Assembly (NCBI GenBank): GCA_963764625.1
Contig: CAVXTH010000009.1
Coordinates: 768,001-832,000 of the forward strand
DNA from: Candidatus Krumholzibacteriota bacterium
GTDB lineage: Bacteria; Krumholzibacteriota; Krumholzibacteriia; JAJRXK01
Direction: 5' to 3'
Length of the DNA stretch: 64,000 bases
This document shows, piece after piece, positions 51,468-61,351 of the stretch. The translations under genes and the position numbers were made by a program. Positions within the stretch are counted from its first letter, which is position 1. Each line of letters starts with the position of its first letter. The notes beneath the pieces were generated by a model, which was not told the origin of the DNA, made no database searches, and saw only the letters and a program-made list of their open reading frames with translations.

Positions 51468-52019
51468 ATGATCGGTGATTTGAGCACTCCAGTTCTCGTC
51501 CTCGATGCGGGATACCAGGCGGTGAACGTGGTTCCGGTTCGCCGCGCGTTGAGCCTCCTTGCCCTGGGCAAGGCGGTCGTGGTCGAGGAAGAGTCGGGAC
51601 GACTCTTGCGGAGCGAGCATCTCAACCTGAACTGCCCCGTGATCATCCGACTGCTCATTTCCATCGCGCATCGGGTGTATCGCACTCTGCGAGTTCGATT
51701 CAACAAGCGCAACATCCTGGCCCGCGATTCGTGGACTTGCCAGTACTGCGGCGCCACCGACATTCCTCTCACGGTGGATCACGTGGTTCCACGAAGTCGA
51801 AGGACGAAGCGCTATCCCCACGGGGGAGCGCACAGCTGGGAGAACTGCGTTGCGGCCTGTCTGCCCTGTAACAACCACAAGGGAAACCGGCTCCCCGAGG
51901 AGGCGGGCATGAAGTTGGACCACTCTCCCCAGAGGCCACGCTGGGTGTTGGCGCTCCCTTGGGGGAAGGGCCGGACATCGGAGAGCTGGAACCAGTATCT
52001 CTTTCCCCAGAGCGCCTGA
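51468..52019 (+). CDS. HNH endonuclease
   Basis: RD..CQYCG, TVDHVVP, WENCVAACLPCN..KG. Confidence 0.9.
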   Translation: MIGDLSTPVLVLDAGYQAVNVVPVRRALSLLALGKAVVVEEESGRLLRSEHLNLNCPVIIRLLISIAHRVYRTLRVRFNKRNILARDSWTCQYCGATDIPLTVDHVVPRSRRTKRYPHGGAHSWENCVAACLPCNNHKGNRLPEEAGMKLDHSPQRPRWVLALPWGKGRTSESWNQYLFPQSA

Positions 52020-52050
52020 GCTCCCTCGACACTTCCCTCGGACTCCTGCG

Positions 52051-53868
52051 TCAGCGAAGCAGAGTAATCGCGCGGCTGTCGGCCGGCTGACCGCCCAGGC
52101 GTAAGAGCACGCGGTAGGCTCCGCTCGCCACTGCGCGCCCTCTGTCGTCGTCGCCCCGCCAAAGTTTCTCGTGAGTTCCCGGTCCGGCTACCGAGGCGCT
52201 CAGCTTGCGCACCACGCGACCCCGTGGGTCCACGATCCAGAGTTCGGCCAAAAGGTAATCGTCTTGCCGCCAGCGCAAGACGGTTCTGGGGTTGAAGGGA
52301 TTCGGCTGGTTGGGCAGAAGTTCCCCGCGGTCCCGGCGGTGAACGATGGGCGCCGAGGTGGGGTCGTCGATCTCGCGGATCTCATCCACTGCGATGAATC
52401 CTCCGGGCGCGGTCGAGGCGTCCTCGATCCAGATGTAGGCGCTGCGGCCTGCGAGTCCGGCCAGGTCGAAACTGACCGGAAGCAGCTCGGGTCCACCGTG
52501 GCCGTGTGCGCTAAAGAGGGCGGTGTCGGCCACCGCGTCCATCAGGGCCACGAAGCAATTGGGATCGGTACCTCCTCCCACCCGCAGGTCCAGGCGGATC
52601 CCCTCGATCACGAAGGGGCGCGACTTCATGCTGCCGGTGGCCGATTCGGGCAAGCTCTGTCCCGGCACGCCCTTGCCCGACAGAGGACCCTGGTAGTACT
52701 CCGCACTGGAGAGATAGCCATGGCCCACTGGCGAGGCGGGCGTCTCCCCGCGATAGGCCGAGTTGTCGCCGAAAGTGGGGGCGGCTTCGAACGCGGTGCC
52801 GCTCCGCTGCGGCCAGTCGGCGGCCAGGACGTCGAAGGGCACGGTCGTGGCACTTCCAGTGTTGGGATCGAGGCTCAAAGTGTCCACTCTGACCACCCAG
52901 AGTTCCTCGCCATCGAAGGCGACGGTATCGGCCGTGTAGCGCGAAAACAGATACTTGCCGCCGCCCAGCGGCACGAGTTCGGGCGCCTGCCCCTGGTCGA
53001 TGAGTTCCGCCTGGGTCATGTCCCACCCTGAGAGAAGTGATCCGTTGCGGAGGTGGTACACCCCCACCTTGTCGAACTCGCTGTAGAAGAGGTGCCATTG
53101 ACCACCGTCCTGGTAGAGCTGCACCGATTCGAGGTCGCGCCATCGATCCGCTGGGTTGCCGTTGTGAACCAGAAGTGGGTCGAGTTCGGTCCATGTGACG
53201 AAGTTGTTGCTGACCGCGTGGTGGATGCAGCCGCGATCTCCGTTGACCGTACGCAGCTGCGCGGTGTGCAAGAGGTGATGTTGGCCCGCGTAGTAGAAAT
53301 AGAACGGATCCCGAAACGAGGAATAACTCTGACTGGGCGCCCACGAATAGAGAGTGGAGTCGGGCTGAAGGACCGGATTCATCCCGTTCTTCTGCCAGTT
53401 CAAGAGCTCTCGGGAGGTCGTCAAGGCGTAGCCGGTACGCTGCACCACCTGCGCGTCCACGCCGGTGTAGATCATCAGCGCGTACGCTGAATTCAGCGGA
53501 AACTGGGGCAGGATCTGCGGGGCCCAGACGTTGCGTGCGTCCCAGTACTGTGGTCCCGAGACCAGCGCGGCCGGCAGGAACTCCCACTGGCGCAGGTCCT
53601 CGCTGCGCGCGTGCCCGAGTTCGTTCTCCCCGATCGAACCGGCCGTCGTCGAGGCGTGGATGAAGATGCAGTGCCACTCACCGTCGATCTGCACCAGCGC
53701 GTGATCCTTGATGGTCTGCCCCGGGCTGAAGAGGTAGGGGCCTTCGAAGGAAAAGTCGATGAGCGCGTACGCCGGGGCCACGCTCGCCAGAAGCAGCAGC
53801 AGAGCGTAAATTGCGCACGAGCTGACTCTGCGGCCAGGCGGGCACCTGATGTCCTCGGCTTCAGTCAT
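52051..53868 (-). CDS. secreted GH32/clan-J-like beta-propeller hydrolase with C-terminal FlgD-Ig-like domain
   Basis: Signal peptide; KDH, WAP, FRDP, LES motifs; PNPFNP...WRGDD.RG.AVASG.Y tail. Confidence 0.72.
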   Translation of the reverse strand: MTEAEDIRCPPGRRVSSCAIYALLLLLASVAPAYALIDFSFEGPYLFSPGQTIKDHALVQIDGEWHCIFIHASTTAGSIGENELGHARSEDLRQWEFLPAALVSGPQYWDARNVWAPQILPQFPLNSAYALMIYTGVDAQVVQRTGYALTTSRELLNWQKNGMNPVLQPDSTLYSWAPSQSYSSFRDPFYFYYAGQHHLLHTAQLRTVNGDRGCIHHAVSNNFVTWTELDPLLVHNGNPADRWRDLESVQLYQDGGQWHLFYSEFDKVGVYHLRNGSLLSGWDMTQAELIDQGQAPELVPLGGGKYLFSRYTADTVAFDGEELWVVRVDTLSLDPNTGSATTVPFDVLAADWPQRSGTAFEAAPTFGDNSAYRGETPASPVGHGYLSSAEYYQGPLSGKGVPGQSLPESATGSMKSRPFVIEGIRLDLRVGGGTDPNCFVALMDAVADTALFSAHGHGGPELLPVSFDLAGLAGRSAYIWIEDASTAPGGFIAVDEIREIDDPTSAPIVHRRDRGELLPNQPNPFNPRTVLRWRQDDYLLAELWIVDPRGRVVRKLSASVAGPGTHEKLWRGDDDRGRAVASGAYRVLLRLGGQPADSRAITLLR

Positions 53869-53919
53869 GGAATGGTCGCGATTCCCGTTCTCCCCAAGCT
53901 CCTAGAGGAGTCACTCTGA

Positions 53920-55110
53920 GTGTACACGAGGCGCTCATTAAGGGTCAAACCGCCGCCGCGGCCGCTGCCGTGGGGCCCGAAATGCGCCCTGGGAGTGATC
54001 TTCGTTCTTCTTCTTTTGTTCACCTCCGGGCGGGGCTTTGCCAAGGATCGCTACGACCCGGCGCGCGCGCGGGAGGCCGCTCTGGCCCATCTCACGGCTC
54101 GCTTTCAGGCAGGGGCCTACCAAGAGGTGCTGGCGGTGTTCGAGGATTCCCTGAAGGCGGAGGACTACACCCCTCGTCTCTGGAACTTGAAGGGGCTGGT
54201 CCTAGCCCAGCTCTCGCGCCAGCGGGAGGCGGTCAAGGCCTACGAGGTGGGCCTCCGGCTCGAGGACTCGCTCTTCGAGCTTCACATGAACCTGGCCAAG
54301 TCTCTGAAGGCCTTGGGCAGCACTGGCCGCGCCATGGCCGAGCTGGAGCGTGCGGTCCAGCTTGCCCCGGACAACGTGGAGGCTCGGCTCGCTCTGGGAA
54401 CAGGCTATTTGGACTACCATCGCGACGCGCAGGCGCGTGAGCAGCTAATGGAAGCTGCGCGGCTCGCGCCCGACGACCTTCGGGTACTGCGCCAGCGGGC
54501 TAAGCTGGCCGATGCAACCGGCCACCCGGAGGAGTCGTTGCGCCGGTGGACCGAGCTCGAGAGGGCCTTGCCCGACGCGGACACGGCGCGTCGCCTGGCC
54601 GAGCTGTGGACACCGTCCTCCCCCGATTCGGCGATTCTGTGGTATGAGCGCTGCGTGGAACGGGATCCTTCCTGCCAAGATTGCGCGGCCGCGGCGGGGA
54701 GTCTCCTGCTGAAGGCGGGAAAGCCCGGCCAGGCCGTCCCCTGGCTGAGGCGAGCAGTTCAGGTGGAGCCACCGTCGCAAGAAGCGGTGTACAACCTGCT
54801 CCTGGCCTGGCAAGGCCTGGGAAAGGTTGACTCGATCGAGGCCCTGGCTGCCCGCCGTCCGCCGAACTACGCCCGGAGCTGGGGGGTCATCGCCTTGACG
54901 CGACGTCAGGGGGGAATGCTTTCGTCCGCCCTGCAGGCGGCCGAAAAGGCAGTGGCCCTGGCGCCGGATGATCTGGACCTGGCGAACGTGGAGGCCGTCA
55001 TCCTGCTGGAGCTGGGGCGGAAGGAGGAGGCCAAACGCATCTGGCGCAGAATCCTCCAAATCGACCCCGATCACGCCCTGGCGAAGTCAAATCTGGAGCA
55101 GGCGGGATAG
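53920..55110 (+). CDS. exported TPR-repeat protein
   Basis: Signal peptide and about 8 TPR-like repeats; start uncertain. Confidence 0.75.
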   Translation: MYTRRSLRVKPPPRPLPWGPKCALGVIFVLLLLFTSGRGFAKDRYDPARAREAALAHLTARFQAGAYQEVLAVFEDSLKAEDYTPRLWNLKGLVLAQLSRQREAVKAYEVGLRLEDSLFELHMNLAKSLKALGSTGRAMAELERAVQLAPDNVEARLALGTGYLDYHRDAQAREQLMEAARLAPDDLRVLRQRAKLADATGHPEESLRRWTELERALPDADTARRLAELWTPSSPDSAILWYERCVERDPSCQDCAAAAGSLLLKAGKPGQAVPWLRRAVQVEPPSQEAVYNLLLAWQGLGKVDSIEALAARRPPNYARSWGVIALTRRQGGMLSSALQAAEKAVALAPDDLDLANVEAVILLELGRKEEAKRIWRRILQIDPDHALAKSNLEQAG

Positions 55111-55227
55111 AGTTATCATCACGGGTTTACAAGCAAGCCGGCGTTCCCTTATTTTGTAGTGCCTTTTCGGCGGATGGGGACGCGGGGTTGCGTTCCGGTA
55201 TACTTCTAGCGGAGATGGAGAGCCACT

Positions 55228-56457
55228 ATGTGGAGAGCGGAGCGCTTAGGGCGGCTCGGCGTGTGTCTTGTTATCGGGGCGACAGTGGCTTGGATTGCGA
55301 GCGGCTGCGCGGATACGACCGAAGAGGTATGGAATCAGCCGGGGATCCAGTTGATCGTCACCCCGGATACCGCGACGATCTATCATCGCGAGCCCTCGCT
55401 CAATTCCAACGGCTACACCGTCATCTTCTCCACCGACTGGCCGTTCGATCCTGCGATCGATAACGACAAGACCGCCCGGGACATCGCGGTCATCAACATC
55501 CCGCCCGACTTGAGACCGTATCCGACCACGAGCATGCCCGACACGCTGGTTGATGCCGCCTTTCGCAAGGTCATCTTCGGCACCTTGAGTTCGGACCTCT
55601 CCACCGGGGGAACGGCGCAGTTCGATCCCAACATCCGGGGCAAGTCGCAACCGGTTTGGAATCCGACGAACGGCTCCCAGTTCGCGGTGGTCATCCAGAA
55701 CATTGATCGCCGTGACCGTATCTACATCTGTGATGTTGATCTCTCACAGAGCGATGAGGTCCCGGTGACGAGTGCGCGCTTCATCGGGGACCCTCAGGGT
55801 AAAGAGTATTTCTTCAACGATCCCAGCTGGTCCTACGATGGAAGGTGGCTTCTCTTCAGCCGCTATTTCTTCAAACCGGGCAGCCCGACCGCGGTGCCGC
55901 CCATTCCGGACGTTTTCGAACCGCAAGCCGTGTACGTCATGGACACCGGAACCGATCAGCTCTACCAACTCACCTCCGGCTCCTCCAAGGAAGGCGATTG
56001 CGCCTTCTCACCCAGCGGGAGAAGCATCGTCTTCACCTCCAATCGCGGTGTTGGAGGGAGCAATCGGCGGGATCTTTACCTCATCGACTTCGATCCGAAT
56101 GCTCCCGGCGCGGTCGTGGATCTGAACATGCGCCGGCTCACCTTCTCCAATAATGACGGCATCGGCCCCAGTTTTCTCCCCGAGGAGAGCTTCGATCCCA
56201 CTTGGTCTCCCGACGGCGTCTCGATCGCTTTCGTGAGCACGCGCAGGAACGTGGGAACTTCATTTCGAGATCGATCGCTGTGGATCATGGATGCCAACGG
56301 AGCGAATCAGCGGGAACTCGTGTTCACGCGTACGGACGACGTGAACCCTTCCTACGATCCGAACAACTCCGATCGTCTCGTCTATGCCTCGGGCAACAAC
56401 CCCATCGAGGCGTTCAATGGGCAGCGCAACGACATCTGGCTCGATTATGATTTCTAG
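55228..56457 (+). CDS. TolB-like PD40 beta-propeller lipoprotein
   Basis: Lipobox IASGC; PSWSYDG, FSPSG..IVFTS, PTWSPDG..IAF repeats. Confidence 0.78.
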   Translation: MWRAERLGRLGVCLVIGATVAWIASGCADTTEEVWNQPGIQLIVTPDTATIYHREPSLNSNGYTVIFSTDWPFDPAIDNDKTARDIAVINIPPDLRPYPTTSMPDTLVDAAFRKVIFGTLSSDLSTGGTAQFDPNIRGKSQPVWNPTNGSQFAVVIQNIDRRDRIYICDVDLSQSDEVPVTSARFIGDPQGKEYFFNDPSWSYDGRWLLFSRYFFKPGSPTAVPPIPDVFEPQAVYVMDTGTDQLYQLTSGSSKEGDCAFSPSGRSIVFTSNRGVGGSNRRDLYLIDFDPNAPGAVVDLNMRRLTFSNNDGIGPSFLPEESFDPTWSPDGVSIAFVSTRRNVGTSFRDRSLWIMDANGANQRELVFTRTDDVNPSYDPNNSDRLVYASGNNPIEAFNGQRNDIWLDYDF

Positions 56458-56526
56458 TAGACCCTGAAGATCTTGAAGAGTGAGCCTGCAATGAGCGGGG
56501 CCGGCGCGACGCGTGTCGGCCCCGTT

Positions 56527-57777
56527 TCAATTTCCCCCCAGGATCTCGCCGAGTCGAAGCGCCAGCTGGGGCCAATCGTGGTGTTGGGCGATGTACTCTC
56601 TCCCCGCCCGCCCCCACGACGAAAGCAGCTGGGGTGTGGCCAGAAGGCGGGAGCACTCTGCGATGAAGCCCAAAGGATCGCTCGCGCAACCCACAGCTTG
56701 GCCCACTGGCGCGTCGATTCCATCCAGGCCGATCGGAGTGGTGAGCACGGGGGAGCCACGGCCGAGGGCCTCCAGAACCTTGATCTTGATTCCACCCCCG
56801 GAAAAGAGCGGAGCCGCGAAGAGCCAGGCTCTCTCGAACAGAGGCTCCAACTCGGGGACGAAACCGTGGAGAACCACGGCTCCCTTCGAAGCGGCCGCGG
56901 AGTCTCGCAACGCGGCGGGGGGATTCCGGCCCACGATTTCGCAGATGAGCGAGGGATGGTCGCGCCGCAGCGCGGGGACGAGCTCCTCGGCGAGAAAGGC
57001 GGCGGCGAGGCGGTTCGGAGGATGCGCGAAGCTGCCCACGAAGAGGATCCGGGGTGGAGGGGCGAAGTCGGGGTTCGCCTCGGGCAATTCCGCCAGCGGC
57101 ACGCCCAGGGGCAGGGTCGTGAGGCGGGTGGAGCCGGAGAGACCTTTCAAGACCTGCCGGTCTTGCTCGGAGACGCAGAGCACCCGATCCGCCCAGCCGC
57201 ACGCCTCGGCCTCGTAGCGGCGAATGCGCCGCAGGCGAAGCGAAGCCCAGAGTCGAGCTAGTCCGCTTGGTGTGGCGAGAAGGTGCCGGAGGCGAACCAG
57301 GGTCTCCACCTCGTGGGTGTTGAGGGCCACCAGGGGACCGGCTCCCCCTTGCCCCTCTTTCCACTGCATGAGCAAGCGGGCGTAAGGCGCCATGGCGAAG
57401 AACTCCACCTGCACCGCATCGGGCTCCCATTCGCTCACGAGGGCGCGCAGGCGTCGCCTCATCTGTGGATGGAAGTAGCGGACACAGCGATAAGGACGGC
57501 CGCTGAGAGCCGAGTACAACACTCTGAGCGCGCGATCCAAAATGGTGACGATTCGCCTTGGACCCCTGTCTTGACCCGAGCGAAAGCTCACCGTCTCGAC
57601 CCTCACGTTTGCCTCGACGAGTTCCCGCTCTTTCCCCTCCTCGCCCTCTCTCTGAAAACACAGGAGGCCGACCTCGTGGGTGCGGGCGAGGCATCGAAGG
57701 AGTTGGAAGACGACCGTGCCGCCGCCGTGTCCAATCTCACGATGGGGTAGGTAGGGGGAGACGAAGAGAATGCGCAT
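56527..57777 (-). CDS. glycosyltransferase family 4
   Basis: MRILFVSPYLP, FVGSF.H.PN, GGGIKIKVLEA. Confidence 0.88.
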   Translation of the reverse strand: MRILFVSPYLPHREIGHGGGTVVFQLLRCLARTHEVGLLCFQREGEEGKERELVEANVRVETVSFRSGQDRGPRRIVTILDRALRVLYSALSGRPYRCVRYFHPQMRRRLRALVSEWEPDAVQVEFFAMAPYARLLMQWKEGQGGAGPLVALNTHEVETLVRLRHLLATPSGLARLWASLRLRRIRRYEAEACGWADRVLCVSEQDRQVLKGLSGSTRLTTLPLGVPLAELPEANPDFAPPPRILFVGSFAHPPNRLAAAFLAEELVPALRRDHPSLICEIVGRNPPAALRDSAAASKGAVVLHGFVPELEPLFERAWLFAAPLFSGGGIKIKVLEALGRGSPVLTTPIGLDGIDAPVGQAVGCASDPLGFIAECSRLLATPQLLSSWGRAGREYIAQHHDWPQLALRLGEILGGN

Positions 57778-57791
57778 TGACCCTGCTACGC

Positions 57792-58076
57792 CTAGGGCAG
57801 CACGTAGGCTTTGGAGATCGCGATGTCTTCCAGCTTCTTCTCCAGTTCGATCGACCAGGCGTCGGTTCCCGGCTCCAGTCGCGGGCGGTTGAGGGTCAAC
57901 CACTCGATGGCCTCGCGCCGAATGATGTTTTCCCGCTCCAGATCCTCGAGCAAGAGATCGCCGATCAATCCCGCCAGTTCCTCTTCCTCGACGGTGAGAT
58001 CGACCAGCTCCTCCTCGGCGAGCCGATCGACGATGTCGTTGGCGATCTTTTCGATTCTCTCTTCGCTGAATCGCAT
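57792..58076 (-). CDS. DUF507-like protein
   Basis: MRFSEERI..IA pattern; paralog of the upstream gene. Confidence 0.65.
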   Translation of the reverse strand: MRFSEERIEKIANDIVDRLAEEELVDLTVEEEELAGLIGDLLLEDLERENIIRREAIEWLTLNRPRLEPGTDAWSIELEKKLEDIAISKAYVLP

Positions 58077-58084
58077 GGACGTCC

Positions 58085-58366
58085 TCAAATGATGAAGCCG
58101 CGCTGACGGGCGATTTGTCGCTTGAACTTCAAACGAAGTTCGCTCAGATCCATGTCCTCGTTCTCGATCTGGCGCGCGTGACGGTTCAACAGTTCCTCGA
58201 CCTCGCGATTGATCTCGTCCTCTTCCTCCAAATCGTCCCGGATCGCGCTACCGATCGCCACCCGGACGGCACTCTCGCTGGCGAGGAATACCACCTGGGA
58301 GTTTTGGCGGAGTAGTTCGGTGACTCGAGAGGCGAGATCCTGGATTTTCTCCTGTCTCATGCGCAT
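58085..58366 (-). CDS. DUF507-like protein
   Basis: MRMRQEKI..LA...EDEIN.EV...K.QIARQRGFII. Confidence 0.72.
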   Translation of the reverse strand: MRMRQEKIQDLASRVTELLRQNSQVVFLASESAVRVAIGSAIRDDLEEEDEINREVEELLNRHARQIENEDMDLSELRLKFKRQIARQRGFII

Positions 58367-58569
58367 GCGGGAGAGTCTCCTTTGCTGGCCGACGTTGCCG
58401 CCGTGCAATTCAAAGTTTAGAGTACCACCCTGGGCAGCGGTAGTTCCAGAGACGTTTCGGATCGCGGTATCCCCAATAGACCCCCTCGGGGGGAACCCCG
58501 ACGAGCGAAGCAGCGTATAGCTTCGGTCCCTCACCATTTTCTCTCCCAGCCAATGGAGGCGCTTGCAAG

Positions 58570-59556
58570 GTGGACAATCGAGTAAAGGAGATCCAATCAC
58601 GCGTCGAAACCGAGAGCGCTTTCGTCCAGGACATCTTCGACCAGGTGGGCCAGGTAGTGGTGGGACAGAAGTCGATGATCGAGGGGCTGTTGCTCGGTCT
58701 ACTCACCGGCGGTCACATTTTGCTCGAAGGAGTACCAGGCCTGGCCAAGACCCTGGCCGTGCGCTCTTTGGCCGCGTCCTTGGGCACCGACTTCCAACGG
58801 ATTCAGTTCACGCCCGATCTCTTGCCGGCCGATCTCTTGGGCACTCTCATCTTCGATCAGAGGCGCGGCGAATTCACGGTCAAGAAGGGACCCATATTCT
58901 CTCACATCATTCTGGCGGACGAGATCAACCGGGCACCCGCGAAAGTGCAATCGGCTCTCCTGGAGTCGATGCAGGAACTGCAAGTCACTCTCGGTGAGAC
59001 CACCTACCCATTGGAAGAGCCTTTCCTGGTTCTCGCCACCCAGAATCCAATCGAGCAAGAAGGCACCTATCCGCTGCCGGAAGCTCAGGTCGACCGCTTC
59101 ATGCTCAAGATCCTGGTAGACTATCCCAAGAGAGACGAAGAGCGACGGATGCTCGATCTCATGGTGGACGCCGACGTGCCCGCGATTCGACCCGTACTTC
59201 AGCGTGATCAATTGCTGGAGGCGCGCGAGCTCATTCGGGCGATCTACGTGGACGATAAGATCAAGGAATACATCCTGGACATCGTTCGCGCGAGCCGCGA
59301 TCCCCAGGATTTCAATCTCTCGCTAGGAGCGCTGATCTCCTACGGTGCCAGCCCCCGGGCTTCCATCTACCTCGCGCGCGCCGCGAAAGCTCACGCGTTC
59401 CTGCGCGGTCGAGGCTTCGTCACCCCCGAGGATGTGAAGACCGTCGGTCCCTCGGTTCTCAGGCACCGCATCACGGTGAGTTACGAAGCCGAAGCGGAGG
59501 ATCTCACCAGCGAAGACATCGTTCGCTCTCTATTCGATCATATCGAAGTACCCTAA
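58570..59556 (+). CDS. moxR: MoxR family AAA+ ATPase
   Basis: GVPGLAKT, RIQFTPDLLPAD, DEINRAPAKVQ, ATQNP, GASPR. Confidence 0.95.
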   Translation: MDNRVKEIQSRVETESAFVQDIFDQVGQVVVGQKSMIEGLLLGLLTGGHILLEGVPGLAKTLAVRSLAASLGTDFQRIQFTPDLLPADLLGTLIFDQRRGEFTVKKGPIFSHIILADEINRAPAKVQSALLESMQELQVTLGETTYPLEEPFLVLATQNPIEQEGTYPLPEAQVDRFMLKILVDYPKRDEERRMLDLMVDADVPAIRPVLQRDQLLEARELIRAIYVDDKIKEYILDIVRASRDPQDFNLSLGALISYGASPRASIYLARAAKAHAFLRGRGFVTPEDVKTVGPSVLRHRITVSYEAEAEDLTSEDIVRSLFDHIEVP

Positions 59557-59574
59557 TGCCAGCAGGACCCCGCG

Positions 59575-60491
59575 GTGGAGCCTAACTCGCCAGATACGAA
59601 GTCCCACTCCGGTGGCATCCCCGCCGACTTGCTCGACCAGGTGCGTCGGCTCGAGATCCGCACGCGGCGGACGGTCGAGGAGCTCTTCGGCGGCGAGTAC
59701 CATTCCGTCTTCAAGGGTCGCGGCGTCGAGTTCCGTGAAGTGCGGGAGTACGAACCAGGAGACGACGTCCGCACCATCGATTGGAACGTGACCGCGCGCC
59801 AGGGTTCTCCTTTCGTGAAGCAATTCGAGGAGGAGCGCGAGCTGACGATCCTTCTCCTCGCCGATCTCTCCGGTTCGGAGAGCTTCGGAAGCGGCCGACG
59901 GACGAAAGCAGCGGTATTGGCCGAAATGGGGGCGCTGCTGGCGCTGTCGGCGGTGAGTAACGGAGATAAGGTCGGGCTGATTCTCTTCAGCGACAAGATC
60001 GAGCTGTACGTGCCTCCGGCAAAGGGGCGACGCCACGCCCTGCGTCTCTTGCGTGAGCTGCTCTATTACGAACCCCAGTCCAGGGGCACCGATCTGCGGG
60101 TGGCTCTCCAAACCCTCAACCGGGTTCAGAAGCGCAAGGCCGTGTGCTTTCTCATGAGCGATTTTCTCGCTCGGGACTACGAGAAAGACCTGCTGGTCTC
60201 GGCGCGGCGTCACGATCTCACCGCGGTCCACCTGGTCGACCCCCGTGAACGCGAGATCCCTCCGGTTGGACTCATCCAGATCGAAGATGCGGAGACCGGT
60301 GAAGCTCTACGATCCTGGATTCGACGGACAAGAGCCTGCGTGGGAAGTTCGCCGAGCAAGGCAAAACCAGTCGGGAGAGAATTCAGCGGGATCTTCGACG
60401 CGCGGGTTGTGACCTCATCGAAATCGACGTGACCCAGCCCGTCATCGATCCACTCTTGCGATTCTTCGCGCGACGGGGAAAGCGCCGCTGA
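59575..60491 (+). CDS. DUF58 domain protein (frameshift near 60308)
   Basis: FKGRG.EF.EVREY.PGDDVR.IDWN; shifted frame gives ..DLIEIDV..LLRFF..RR stop at 60491. Confidence 0.88.
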
Positions 60492-61351
60492 TGAAGAGAG
60501 TGCCCTCGATCCTCCTCGTGCTACTCTCCGCGTTGCTGGCGGCTGCGGGGAAGGACGGAATGCACCTGGAGCCGCTGGTTCCTCACCTCGGCGAACGCGC
60601 TACCCTCATCCTCGACCTTGCGGCCAAGGACAGCAGCGAATACCCACTGGGCATCCATGCCGCCATCGTTCCTACCTCCGATCCGGCTCGCTTCACCCTG
60701 ATCCCCCTGCAGGTGGGGATAGTGGGGGCGACTCTCCCTTGGAGCAGCGACACCCTGTTCTTCGCCGTCCCCGCCACACTCGACCCCGATTCGCTCCCCG
60801 CGGCCAGACCGCTGAAGAGCATCGGGATTCTCCGGCCGGCCTGGTGGCCGACCATCGCGGTGATCCTCTTGGTTCTGAGCCCCTTGGTCTATCTTCTCGC
60901 CCGCCGGTTCCGTCATCCAACCAAGCTTCAAGCCGCGTTTCCTCTAGTGGCCGAGGCGGCTCACCTGTCGGCGCTCCGCCGGCTCCAGGAAATCGAAGCC
61001 TCCGGACTCCTTCAGTCGGGAGATTTCGACGCCTACTACGTGGCGGTGAGTCACACTCTCCGGGCCTATCTCGCCGGAAGATTCCGCGTTCCGGCCCTGG
61101 ATTGGACCCGCGCCGAATTGAAGGAACGCCTTCTTCTGGCCGGTTACGAACTCGAACTCTTCGAAACGGCTCTGGCTCTGTTGAAGCAGGCGGATGAAAT
61201 CAAGTTCGCCCGCGGCCGCCCGACCGAACATCAGGCCAAGGAGTGGCTCGCCGCCGCCAGGACCTACATTCACGACACAAAGGTGGAACCGGTGTACACC
61301 ACCGCAAAGAGCGTGGGTGCGCTCGTGCGTCTGCAGGAGGTGTCGGGATGA
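60491..61351 (+). CDS. Bat-operon membrane-anchored protein (DUF4381/BatD-associated type)
   Basis: Signal, TM, YY..S..LR.YL..RF...ALD.T..E, ADEIKFA; position in MoxR-Bat operon. Confidence 0.65.
   Translation: MKRVPSILLVLLSALLAAAGKDGMHLEPLVPHLGERATLILDLAAKDSSEYPLGIHAAIVPTSDPARFTLIPLQVGIVGATLPWSSDTLFFAVPATLDPDSLPAARPLKSIGILRPAWWPTIAVILLVLSPLVYLLARRFRHPTKLQAAFPLVAEAAHLSALRRLQEIEASGLLQSGDFDAYYVAVSHTLRAYLAGRFRVPALDWTRAELKERLLLAGYELELFETALALLKQADEIKFARGRPTEHQAKEWLAAARTYIHDTKVEPVYTTAKSVGALVRLQEVSG

Noticed and set aside
58490-58503. CCCCCTCGGGGGG hairpin between the DUF507 gene and moxR
   Set aside because: Short homopolymer stem with no T tail, in a divergent promoter region; no supportable function
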